Shown piece by piece: positions 11,543-24,058 of a DNA stretch of 46,536 nt. Both the position numbers and the translations under genes were made by a program. Position 1 is the stretch's first letter, and each line of letters begins with the position of its first letter. This DNA comes from Macrostomum lignano. Lineage: Eukaryota. Location: positions 1-46,536 of the forward strand of contig NIVC01004423.1 in assembly GCA_002269645.1 (NCBI GenBank), in the 5' to 3' direction. Below the pieces are notes generated by a model. That model was given only the letters and a program-made list of their open reading frames with translations, was not told the origin of the DNA and did no database searches.

Positions 11543-14500
11543 ATGGCCCCAGATAATAATAATTCTACTACTGCCACTCTTCATCTGCCATGTGATGATA
11601 TTATTCAATTCAAGGTAAGAGCTTGACTGAGACTAAGCCATAGGCCGAGGCCTAGAATCTAGAATCTAGTATACTATACTGATACTGTATAACTAGGCCT
11701 ATATATATAGACTATATCTATAGTATCTGTATTTGTAGCTAAAAGTTAGTAAATTCTATTGTATTGACTTATTAGGTTGTAAAAGCTATATAGTATTTAT
11801 ACTATAGACCTGTTAACACTAAAGTTAAAATTAGGCCAATATTTACTAGTTTTAAATATAATGCCAACGGATGATTAAGTCCTAGATACTAGAGATTAAG
11901 GATTTAAGGAATAAAGAAATATGTTTATTGTGTCCTAGGTCTAGTATTGCTTTTATCAGTCTAACTGAGAATAAAGCCATCCAAAGTGAGAATCCTACCT
12001 ACGCTGACTGCGAAAAGCCTGGCTGCATGCAGCCTTAGTATATGGGCCATAGACAATAAAAGACAAACAAAGTGATAAAAAGCCATCCAATGTGAGAATT
12101 GATTGGTCTATGTATCGTATTCTTTTATTTTTATACCTTCTGAGCTTCTGAGCCATATGACTAGCCAATCCTAGCTTATCCTTTATAGTCTATGGCTCAT
12201 AGACTAGGCTGGATGCAGCTAGGCCCTTTGTATTCAGCGTAGGCAGGATTCTCATATTAGATAGCTTTTTATCACTTTGCTTGTCCTTTATTGTCTATGG
12301 CCCTGGCCCATAGACTAAGGCTGCACGCAGCCAGGCCCTTCACAGTCAGTGTAGGCAGGATTCTCACTTTGGATGGCTTTATTCTCAGTTAGGCTGACAA
12401 AACCAATAGTAATATAATTAAATAGATAAAGGCTAAAATTAAAATGAATAGGGTATTTAACTTTTAATATGATAGAGCTCCTAAGTCTCTAAGCCATGGA
12501 GTAAAGCAAAAATGTTATACTATTTTCACATTGTGTAGTTTAGATAATAGGAGCTAAGGCCAAGGGTAAGATAAATATAATCCTAACCATATTTTATATC
12601 TTAGCTATTTTTTATTGCTATCATTTAGTCCTTTATTATTATTATAGATTATCATAGGCCTAATAAATGATAAAAGAACTATTGTTATTGCTATTTGGTT
12701 TGGTATCATTTAAAGTTATGGTAAATTATAGGAATTAGTAAAGACAGATCTTAGAGATTTAGTATAGGTGGATTATACTATTTAGACAAATATTTAATTC
12801 TTAATATTTAATTTTAATTAAAGAAAGAACAAATTTTATTGAATCTAGAATATAAAAAATAACAAAATACAATTAAAGTATAAATACTTCAAAGGAATAC
12901 CAGTCCTTTAGTCAATAGCTTTAAGTATAAGTGTAGATCAGTTATATCAATTACAGTAAAAGGCAGTTGCAGTACCATATAATCTGACTATATTGTTTTT
13001 GTTTATTAATGATATTGATATCTTATACCTATCTCTACATATAAAAATCAAAACTCTATATGTGTGTCTGTCTGTGGACAATTTTGATTGCTATGGACTC
13101 CTAAACTGCCTAACCAAATGACACCAAATTTTGCACCCACCTTAAACTTACTATGGAGAATGTCTTAGGCTACCTTAAAATTTCCTAGACTCAAGTCTTC
13201 CTACCTAAAAGTACAAAAAAACTGCTCAAAATGTGCAATTTTTTTCACTAAATCCTCCATAGCACTGCTCCACTTCTACCGATTCTTTTCAAATTTGACA
13301 CAAACAATCTTCAATTATTTTGGCACAATTGTGTAAAATTTCGAGTCTTAAAGTTGATCCTGAACGGCGCTGTGCACTTTTAAAATTAGGCTGTTTTTTC
13401 ATTGAGGCAGCCACCCAACCTCATCCCGCCTGCCTCTCTTTCCCGATCCTGATCTGGGCCAAGATGTGTAAAAGGGTTTCAAAATTGACTAACTTTCAGC
13501 TACCATAAGTTTGCTCCACGTGAAGCGATTGACTTTAAACTTGACACAATTCTTCATTGACTCATTCTCTATCTAAATATAAAGTTTCAACTCTGTAACT
13601 CAACCAAAAAAGAAAGTGTAAGCATGTGAAGTTTGTCTGCTTTTTCTGTTGTTTGTGCCACTCACTCACTCATTCCTAGAGAGCCAGACAAAGGGTCAGG
13701 CAATAGGGCTGAATGTACATGGCAATGTACAGTGTTTTGGAATAGCTTTGTTTGTGGCTTTCTCTGCACCCCTATGGAGAGGCTACGTTTAGCCATCCAT
13801 AACAGCACTGTCCTCTATATAGGCAAACTCTGCAGCAGTTTAACAGTGGATGGCAATTGGCAAATCAAGGTAATCTAGCATGGTTTGTAAAAGCAAAATA
13901 TTTATGAAAAGGCAATGCAATGCGATTCAACCCTACTAAATTAGTCACACGACTCACACCATGAAAATTGTAAGTTCTCTTAAAGGTACTTTTAAATTTA
14001 AATGGCCTCCTAAGAAATGCATATTTCCTTGGTTGTTAGACTGTTGCAGACTGCAGTGGAGCTGAAGATACAAAAATTCCTTTCAGGACTGCAAATTGGG
14101 AAGAAAGATGACATGATCAAAGCATGAGAACAACAATGAGAGTAGTATGTCCCAGAAACTGGCTTTCAAAGCAGGGATCGGCAGACTTTTACTTCAAAAG
14201 CCAGATAAAGAATACAGCTTATGTGCGGGCTAGATGAGAGTGGAAAGGAGAAGGAATAAACTATTCGAAAAGAGGAGAGGCAAGAGGGGGGTAAGAAAAA
14301 ACATAGAAGATAAGAGAGACAAGTGGTGAGGAGAGAGCAGAGAAGAAGGGAGGAAGAAGCAAGAGGAGGGGAGAAAAAAGGGAGAGGAAAGAGTAAAGGT
14401 GAGAAGAGGGGAGATATGAGAGAGTAGAGAAGAGAGTTAAGAGATGAGAGAAAAGAATAGAGAGGAGAAGGAAGAGACAAGAGAAGAGAGGGAGAGAGGA

Positions 14501-17319
14501 GAGAGGAGAGGAGAGAGAAAAGAAGAGATAAAAGATATGAAAGAGAAGAAAGATGAGGGAAAATACGAAAGAAGATGGGAGAGAGGAGAGAGGAGAGGAG
14601 AGAGAAAACAAAAAGTAGAAAGGAGAGAGGAGAGGAGAGAAAAAAGAATAGGGAAGAGATGAGATAAGAGAGATGAAAGAGAAGAGAGATGAGGGAAGAT
14701 ACGAGAGAAGAGAGGAGAGAGGAGAGATGAAGGACAAGAGAGAAGAAAGGAAACAGAAGAGATGATAGAAATTTTAAAGGATCCAAGGGACATAAGGAGA
14801 GTCAGGGAGAGGCCAGAGTTGCCAATACATGTTTTAGAGTCAGACAGACATTGCCTGGCATTCTGCAGAGTATCCTAGCCAACAATATCAATGTTTGCTT
14901 CAAACCCTAATTTTACACGAATGTGCTCCATTTTATGTCTATCTCTATCCTACTAACTATTAATTTTTGTGTATAGCCTTAGATTTCAGAATACATGCAA
15001 AAATAGTTCCGGGGATTAGAATTCCCTGGGTTCAAAATCCGCGGGTTTCAACAGCTTGTTTGTATATAAGTTATTAAAAGTGGTTTTAAATGTGTTTCAA
15101 TATCACTAATTATTGCCAATGTTATATAGTTTTACAAGATAATTCCAAGCTTATGTACTACATGTGTTTAGTTGGATTATATCTAAATCATATATATTAA
15201 TAAACAAAGAGAAGCCCAATGTACTGAGCAATAAAAAGGGACATTGTATAGTATGATTAATAGTATTTTAGATAGTAGCATACAAACAATTATTGGCTTC
15301 CTAAGCTGCCTACTATATACTAAGGTATAAATATAGCAAATGACTATTTAAGACTTTGTGATATTAATTAATAATATATTATAGATACAATCTTATACTA
15401 GAATTAAGAAATAAAAAGGCAATTTTCATTTTTATCTTTAGCTTTTATATCAAAATTAACTTTTTCTAGCCCTTTGGAACTTACAATAGAAGGAGACCTA
15501 TATTAATGATTAGTTAATTTTCAAAAACAATTTTAATCTAAACTTATTATGTTCATTTTCACAGTGAGTTAATAAAATTGTCAATTGTGTTTACAAATTG
15601 AAATAATAAACCTGTTTATTCTTTATAGTGAACAATCAATAGCAATAAATTTGTGGGTCAACACAATAGTTTTGCTAAGATATAGCTTTTGTAAGCACTT
15701 AATTATGAAAAATATTAATTGTTATTTGTTTGTTACTGTTGGTTCATTACTGATATAACATAAAGATCAAGTTGTTAAAGAAAATCTTAAATAATAAATG
15801 TAGAGAATTAGGGGAAAATCACAGGTATTTTGGGGAAGAAAATCACTGATAATTATAAGAAGGCAATCACTGGTAATTAGGGGAAGAAAATCACTGAAAA
15901 TATTTAATAACAAACTTATAATGTCTATAATAATTTTATTATACAGTATGATTAAAAAACATTTATATATCACTCCTTAGACATAGGCATGAAAATTCTA
16001 GCATATATGGCATAACATAGACTATGGTAAATGTAATAGCAAATCTGACAAATGTAGATTTTATTCTTAGTCTTAACAGGGCCCCTGTTTAATAAATTTG
16101 TTGCAAATCAAGTTGGGCAAAAATGAAGCTTTTCTTTTCATTATTTTACAAATATAGTTAAAAATTAAAACTGATCTATAGACAAGAATTGAATTTGTAA
16201 GTACAAAGTTTATGCAAATTTTTTTGTTATATTATTTGTGAGTTATGCATTTTCAATCGCAACTAAAATTCACCTAGAAGCAGCTCGAGTCTGCTCGGAA
16301 GGTTGACGATCGGATTCAAAATGAGCTAAATAGTCGCCTGCCGGCTTCCGCTTATTTTCGTTCCAAAGTTGATCCCCGCCGCGTCTGTCAGGAGCTGTTT
16401 GAATCGCTGCGGTGCGCCCACTCCAGCCGGGATTCGGCAATTAAACGGTGCATCAACCTCACGGAGCAGGAGGTGCGATCTATGCTGGGCGAGGCTGGTC
16501 AGGACAAAGCTAAGGGCGGTGCTGCGACTGGGACTGCCTCTGGCGCTATTGGCAAATCGCAGTCAAGGTCAGGCTTAAATCAAGGGGATTGTTGCTTATC
16601 AAGTTAAGTAATGAACACAACCCTCGCAAATCCTGAATCTTACTTAACTGAGCCACTTCTACATTCCCAAGATCCTTATTCGATGGGCCATATTCCAGAT
16701 CCTCAGTTGCTGGGCCAGCCTCCCAGATCCTCAGCTTCTGAGCCACAGCCTCCCAGAGTGTCAGTTGATAGGCCAGCCTCCCAGAGTGTCAGTTGATAGG
16801 CCAGCCTCCCAGAGTGTCACTTGATAGGCCAGCCTCCCAGAGTGTCAGTTGATAGGCCAGCCTCCCAGAGTGTCAGTTGTTAGGCCAGCCTCCAGATCCT
16901 CAGTTGCTGGGCCAGCCTCCCAGATCCTCAGTTGCTGGGCCAGCCTCCCAAATCCTCACTTGTTGGGCCAGCCTCCCAGATCCCCAGTTGCTGGGCCAGC
17001 CTCCCAGATCCTCAGTTGCTGGGCCAGCCTCCCAGATCCTCAGTTGCTGGGCCAGCCTCCCAAATCCTCACTTGTTGGGCCAGCCTCCCAGATCCTCAGT
17101 TGCTAGGCCAGCCTCTCAGATCCGTCACCCACAACACGTCACCATCCAAAACTCATTCCCAACTACCCAATGAAAATATGTCACTGCAGGCTGCGCCAGC
17201 TCCGCAACGACCTATACGAAGAGGAGATAATCCAGCGCAACACTTACAAGTTTCTATACGAACGATGTCGCGATATCTACGTGCCAACTGACCTGCCAAC
17301 TGACCTGAAATTCTCGTAG
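11543..17319 (+). CDS. MIX23: MIX23/CCDC58 (caffeine-induced death 2 family) mitochondrial protein, 163 aa. Exons 11543-11614, 16278-16567, 17190-17319.
   Basis: Spliced product MAPDNNNSTTATLHLPCDDIIQFK|KQLESARKVDDRIQNELNSRLP...VCQELFESLRCAHSSRDSAIKRCI...|RLRQLRNDLYEEEIIQRNTYKFLYERCR matches the recalled CCDC58 pattern (C-E/D, R.IDDRI..ELN, C.QL.ESL..AH.SRD..IK.CI, EE++..R+.K.F.ERCR). GT-AG junctions, phases 0 and 2, total 492 nt. Confidence 0.85.
11945..12408. mobile_element. Foldback/MITE-like element with long imperfect inverted arms in MIX23 intron 1
   Basis: 11945-12100 (TATTGCTTTTATCAGTCTAACTGAGAATAAAGCCATCCAAAGTGAGAATCC...) is the imperfect reverse complement of about 12255-12408; possible TA TSD; internal ~100-bp unit duplicated. 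Confidence 0.7.
13031..13330 (+). mobile_element. Possible non-autonomous Helitron/HINE-like element (5' part)
   Basis: Begins ATCTCTACATATAAAAAT...TGTGTGTCTGTCTGT...AAACTGCC..ACCAAATTTTG, an arrangement recalled from Lep1/DINE-type elements; 3' end not located. Confidence 0.3.
14240..14780. repeat. Polypurine (GA-rich) low-complexity tract, MIX23 intron 1
   Basis: Read directly; source of the spurious L/S/F-rich ORFs. Confidence 0.9.
16690..17120. repeat. 28-bp minisatellite (GGGCCAGCCTCCCAGATCCTCAGTTGCT and variant), MIX23 intron 2
   Basis: Tandem units read directly. Confidence 0.9.
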
Positions 17320-18009
17320 TGTTTAACTGATCGACTGGCAATCGCTTCTCGCCTACATTATTATAAAACGGCCTTTGTCTCAAAGGAAATAATTTTGCTA
17401 ATTCAACCCGATGAAAATTGTTTTCATCTCGTGCATGTGCTCTTATAGACTACTGTTAGTAACATTGTGTGTAGGTAGCAAGTTTTCTAATATACAAATA
17501 ATTTTGTTTCTTAGACGTTTCTAAACTCCCTTAAATATCATATGTTTATTTTAGTTCCGTAATGTTCCACATAAAAATTATGTGTAGATCATGCATCATA
17601 ATATAATGAAAAATCTTTCGGGGTCACATTATGCGACCAAACTTTATTGAACTTAAAAGTAGAATTTTTATTACTTATTGAAATTTATTTCTCGTTTTTC
17701 AGCTAGCTTAGGGTTTTTGTCGCTATACTAATTTTAAGTAGTATTGTAGGTTAGTTTTTCTGTGAAAGAACCGGACTAATTCGGCATTTTACTCGTAGGT
17801 ACAACCCATGATATAATAAGCATAATCGTTTAGACTACTTAGCTAAAAAGTAGTTTGAACGAATATTATTTTCTAGAAAGTTAATAAACTACTACTAAGT
17901 AGTATCTGTTTAAAATATAAATTAATTATCCCTCTTAGTAGTTGGATTTGTACTTTTGTAGCTGTAGTTACAGTATAGAGATAAATTTTTAATGCTGTAA
18001 AATTTTTGC

Positions 18010-21000
18010 ATGGCTCAGCAGACGCGAACTCGTAGCGGTGTTGCTACCAGTGCCGATGTTATTCACTTTGCTGGCGACAGCTCTTTTAGTAATATGGTAC
18101 GGTCTATTGTCATTTATTATATAAAGTACGCTCAGTTCTATTTTTTCAAATTTACAAATCTAAGTGCTAATGATGGTAATTTATTTTTTATTTTAGGACT
18201 GTGATAAACGGCTGAAGCTTCCAAAAAAGTGAGTTATTCAACTTTTCTAAAAATAGATCTTGAAGTACTATTACTATAACTCTATTAGTACATTTGTTAA
18301 AGTGCATTTAATAAAGTACACTAGTTGATTTGTATCAAGTACATAAGGATATTATTGCTTTTTCTTTCAGAGCATTGGTTAATTAGGTACATTCATATAA
18401 TTCAGTTACTAAAGTACACGATTTAAGCAGTATAGTCAGGAAACTCTATTAAAGTACATTTGTTAAAGTGTCTTGAAAAGCACATTCATTAAAGTGCATT
18501 TTTTTGGTTAAATTGCATTGAAGAAAAGAGCGTCTATTTAAGTACATTTGTGAAGTGCATTAAATAGTTCATTTTACACCCTTTATGTTCTTGTTGTAGA
18601 ACTGGTTTCGTGTATGACGAACGCATGACGTTGCACAAACACGATTGGAACCCGAAATTTAATGAAGCTCCGGAACGAATCACCACCACCCATGCCAGGC
18701 TGTGCGAACTGGGATTGGTGCAACGATGCGAGCGTATTAGTGTGAGGATTTGTCTGTGTTTTATTTTATTTATTAGAAGCAGGGGGGTTGTGTGCACCCT
18801 GGCGCACTTTAAGCGACATAGGCACACAACCGGCGGGAGGCATTACTGCCCATTCCGCCGACTCCCCTGAGCAGGCATACAAGCGCGCGGATACGTACGC
18901 AGGCACATACTCACACAGAAGTGTACAGCGGCCCTAACTTTATTTTCTGGTTAGGCATGTACACTTCACTGCGCCTTGGGGGGTTGGCTCTCAAGGCCGT
19001 TAATTGCACGAGCAGAGCCAAGCCGAGATTCCAATTCAGCTCCAAATTAATGTGACTGCACTTGGAATCGAGCCTGGGCCGCTGGCACACCAGAGCAGCT
19101 GCGCTACCGCTGGGCTACGGCCCCCCCCCCTTTGTCTGTGGTTACTAAGCTTGTTTCTAGGATGTTCATTTTGGTTTCTATTCCTGTTGCTAGGCTTAGT
19201 CGCTGCTGCTGTGAATCGCTAAGGGGTGACTCTTTTGTGACTTTTAAACGACTCAAACGACTGCAATGCGACGGAGAGGCGACTGTTGATTCACGAGAGC
19301 GCATCACGCGAGTTGCAGAATCGTAAAAAAGAGTCGCTAAAAAGTCGTCCAAAAGTCGTTGTGTTGGCGCTTAATAACTTTCCAAATGCGAAATGCGATT
19401 CTAATTCATCAAGTGACGCAGATGCGCTTTAGACGCAACCCTACAGTCCCAGAGTCGTTCCAGAGTTGCAGACCATAAAACATCTTAAATTGACACTTAA
19501 CGCGACTGTTTAGCAACTTTTGCCAAGATATCGTTTTCACATTGGAATCCGCGATTTTTTTGTAATCTGTCTCAGGCTGAACCAATCACCGACGAAGACA
19601 TCCTGCGGTTGCATTCGCCCGAATTGCTGCAACTATTAAAAGACAGTCAGCAGATGAGCGACGAGGAACAATGCAAACTAAGAGAGAAATTTGACGAGGC
19701 TCCGCTTAGTGTGGTAATTAGAAACCATAATTGCATGCTTTCAAATCAATTTACTGATAACTTTCTATTTAGCCTACTTCCAGCAGAGTAGATAAGGTTT
19801 TTTAAGTAAAAATTTGTTTACACTTTAGCACACGCACGATGCGGCCCGTCTATCAGCCGGCGGTTTGCTAAAACTGACCCAAGCTGTTCTGGATGGCAAG
19901 TTATTAAACGGATTCGCTCTGATCAGGCCGCCCGGGCATCACGCTATGCGCGATTATTTCAATGGATTCTGCTATCTTAATAATGTTTGCTTGTCGGCGT
20001 TGAAAGCGCTGTCTAGTTCCGAAGGAAAGAGGTTCGATTTCTGTCATATTTATGAATTCTCCGGTGACTATTTATTGATACTTTGATTTTGGGGAATCCT
20101 TTGTATAGCTTTGTTAAATATCGTGTCTATTTATAGCTCTGTGGCTGTAATTCCGTGTCTATTTATAGCTCTTTGGAAATCCCGTGTCTAATTATAGCTC
20201 TTTAGGAATTCCGTGTCCATTTATAGCTGTTTGGGAATCGCGTATCTATTTATAGCTCTTTGGAAATCCTGTGTCTATTTATAGCTCTTTGGAAATCCCG
20301 TGTCTATTTACAGCTCTTAGGGAATCTCGTGTCTATTTATAGCTTATTAGGAATTTCATGTCTATTTACAGCTTTTTGGGAATCATGCGTCTATTTATAG
20401 CTGTTTGGGAATCCCGGATCTATTTATAACTTTTTGGGAATCCCTTGTTTATTTATAGCTCTTTGGGAATCCTGTGTCTAATGTAGTGATGGATCGAAAT
20501 TATTTTTCAAATCCAAATCGAAATTTTCGGTTCTTTAGAATCGAAATCGAAATTGAAATCGAAATCAAAATCGAAGTTTTTTGAGCTTAACAAATTTTTA
20601 CTTTTTCGCTAATCATGCAAAAAGGTTAACACCTTGCCTCTGCATGTATGAGCTTACATGTTTTATAAAAAAGTATCTTTGATATGTTTAAACCAGAATA
20701 CTGAAGATTTAACTTAATTTAATAAAAATACGAAATAGAAAATGCTGGTGTATTATGTATTATACACTCGTACATAGAAATATAGTAGTTGTATTATACT
20801 TCGCCGCTGTTTAAGCTGAAGATCTAGATACGATTAGCCTATATCCATTTCATTAATTCTTCAAGTCTTTAGCCAATTAAAATCCACGCCGATGAGTTCA
20901 GCCAGTGGGCTTGTGGAGGTTGAGGTGGGTGCAGCACAAGGCCTGGAACAGTGTGTGCCCCGCACAATCTTTTCTTGTAGAAAAGGCGATTCTCACCTCC

Positions 21001-23915
21001 CCACTGAGTCTTTGAACCGCACTTCCTTTCACTTCCTATAGATTTTCTTACTGGTGTAGCATGATCATCAATGTCTAAATTGTTAAAATATAACCAAAAT
21101 TTCGAAATGATTTTCGATGAATGGTGTCGAAATTCGAAATCGAAATCGAAATTATTTCGATGCAAAATTAGTTTCGAAATTTGGAATATCGAAATCGAAA
21201 TCGAATTTCGATCCATCACTAGTCTAATGCTGCTTAGTGAATCCCGTATCAGTTTCATACCATTGGCACCATATGCCTGCTACAAGTTGAATTTTCCTCA
21301 AATCTCCCCAAACCGGCTTCCCAACCAGAATCCTGATCGTAGACTGGGACGTGCACCACGGTCAGGGCATTCAGCAGGCGTTCTACAACAGCTCCGATGT
21401 GCTGTACATCAGCATCCACCGCTACGAGCGCGGCGAGCATTGGCCAAATCTGCGCGAAGGCGACTACGATTTTGTTGGCATTGGCAACGGCCTTGGTTAC
21501 AATGTGAACGTGCCGCTGAATGAAATTGGCTTGTCTAATGCGGAATATTTGGCCATATTTCATAATTTAATACTGCCTATTGCTACAGAGGTTTGTTATT
21601 AACTTATTGATTGACCAAGTTGAATTAGAGGTTTCGAAATGAGATTAAAGCTTGGGAGATGAGATTGGAGCTTGTGAGATGAGATTGGGGCTTGTGAGAT
21701 GAGATTGGAGCTTGGGAGATTAGATTGGAGCTTGGGGATGAGACTGAAGCTTGGGAGCTGAGAATGAAGATTGGAAAATGAGATTGGAGCTTGGTAGATG
21801 AGATTTGAGCTTGGTCGATGAGATTTTAGCTTGGAAGATGAGATTGAAGCTTGGAAAATGAGATTGGAGCTGGAAAATAAGATTAATTTTTTGGAGCTTG
21901 GTAGATGAGATTAAAGCTTGTGAAATGAGAATGGAGTTTGCTAGATGAGATTGAAGCTTCTGAATCTGAGTTGTGAGATGAGATCGGAGCTTGGGAGATA
22001 AGATTGGAGGTTGTGAGTTGTGAGATGAGATTGGAGCTTGGGAGATAAGATTGGAGCTTGGGAGATGAGATTGGAGCTTGTAAGTTGTGAGATGAGATCG
22101 GAGCTTGGGAGATAAGATTGGAGGTTGTGAGTTGTGAGATGAGATTGGAGCTTGGGAGATAAGATTGGAGCTTGGGAGATGAGATTGGAGCTTGTAAGTT
22201 GTGAGATGAGATTGGAGCTTGGGAGATAAGATTGGAGGTTGTGAGTTGTGAGATGAGATTGGAGCTTGGGAGATAAGATTGGAGCTTGGGAGATGAGATT
22301 GGAGCTTGTAAGTTGTGAGATGAGATTGGAGCTTGGGAGATAAGATTGGAGCTTGGGAGACGAGATTGGAGCTTGTAAGTTGTGAGATGAGATTGGAGCT
22401 TGGGAGATAAGATTGGAGGTTGTGAGTTGTGAGATGAGATTGGAGCTTAGGAGATAAGATTAGAGCTTGGGAGATGAGTTTGGAGCATGTGAGTTGTGAG
22501 ATGAGATTGGAGCTTGGGAGATGAGATTGGAGCTTGTGAGTTGTGAGATGAGATTGGCGCTTGTGATGAACAGACTACACATAGTACTTACTTACTAATA
22601 ACTCTATTTCACTTCAGTTTTCACCGGATCTGGTGTTTGTATCAGCTGGATTTGACTGTGCCATTGGTTGTCCTTTGGTGAGCTGTGGTTGCTATGCCCG
22701 CATTTATAATGTATACAGATTTTATTCTTTCATACCAAAGAGAATTTCGAACTAAATTTCAGGGCGAAATGCGGGTTCATCCAGCCTGTTTCGCTCATTT
22801 TACTCATTATTTGATGTCGCTGGCCAATGGTCGCATTGTGATAGCGTTGGAGGTGAGTAACGTTTGCAGGAATAGGGAAGTAACACAGAAAAGGGTTGGA
22901 GGATCGTAAACATTGGGGAAGAATCACGGGTAATTAGGGGAGAATCACTGGTAATTAGGGGGAGGAAATCACAGGTAATTAGGGGAAGACAATCACAGGT
23001 AATTAGGGGGAGGAAATCACAGGTAATTAGGGGAAGACAATCACAGGTAATTAGGGGGGAGGAAATCACAGGTAATTAGGGGGAGGAAATCACAGGTAAT
23101 TAGGGGAAGACAATCACAGGTAATTAGGGGGAGGAAATCACAGGTAATTAGGGGAAGACAATCACAGGTAATTAGGGGAAGACAATCACAGGTAATTAGG
23201 GGGAGGAAATCACAGGTAATTAGGGGAAGACAATCACAGGTAATTAAGGGAAGACAATCACAGGTAATTAGGGGGAGGAAATCACAGGTAATTAGGGGAA
23301 GACAATCACAGGTAATTAGGGGAAGACAATCACAGGTAATCAGGGGAAGACAATCACAGGTAATTAGGGGAGAATCGGGATTACTTTCATTCAAATTCTA
23401 TTCCCAATTTCCGCAGGGAGGCTATTGTCTCTCTTCCCTAAGCGAAGGCGTTGCCATGACAGTCAGGACGCTATTAGGCGACGCTTGTCCCCGACTCGAG
23501 GCCCTGGGCGAGCCGTCGGATAGCATCAAAGAGACTTTGCTGAACTGTCTGACAGCTTTGAGGCCGTATTGGAAATGCCTGCGAATGCAGGGCTCCACTG
23601 GTGACATGTTGATTCCGGATATATCGCATCTCAGCTTGAATTCAACGTGAGTTCGAAATTATAATTGTGGCTAAATATGCGACTAATCATTGTGGCTGTC
23701 TGTCTTACAGTCTATGTCAAACTCAATAGATACTTGTGCGACGAATTTGTCATCTATTTTCACTTATGTAGTCTTGTGTCACTTATGCCACTTATTTGGA
23801 CACTTCACTTTTGAGATAAGTGTCCGAAAGATGCGTCTAGAGTCAAATAAAAGATGAACTGTGCCGCAGACAGACAGACACACAGACAGAAAGACAGACA
23901 GACACACACACACAC

Positions 23916-23950
<35 letters not shown>

Positions 23951-23966
23951 GGCAGGCAGACAGAAT

Positions 23967-24058
<92 letters not shown>

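Noticed and set aside
19064-19122. Functional tRNA gene
   Set aside because: A and B boxes are present, but the B box is altered and I could not form an acceptor stem or cloverleaf; better explained as a SINE head.
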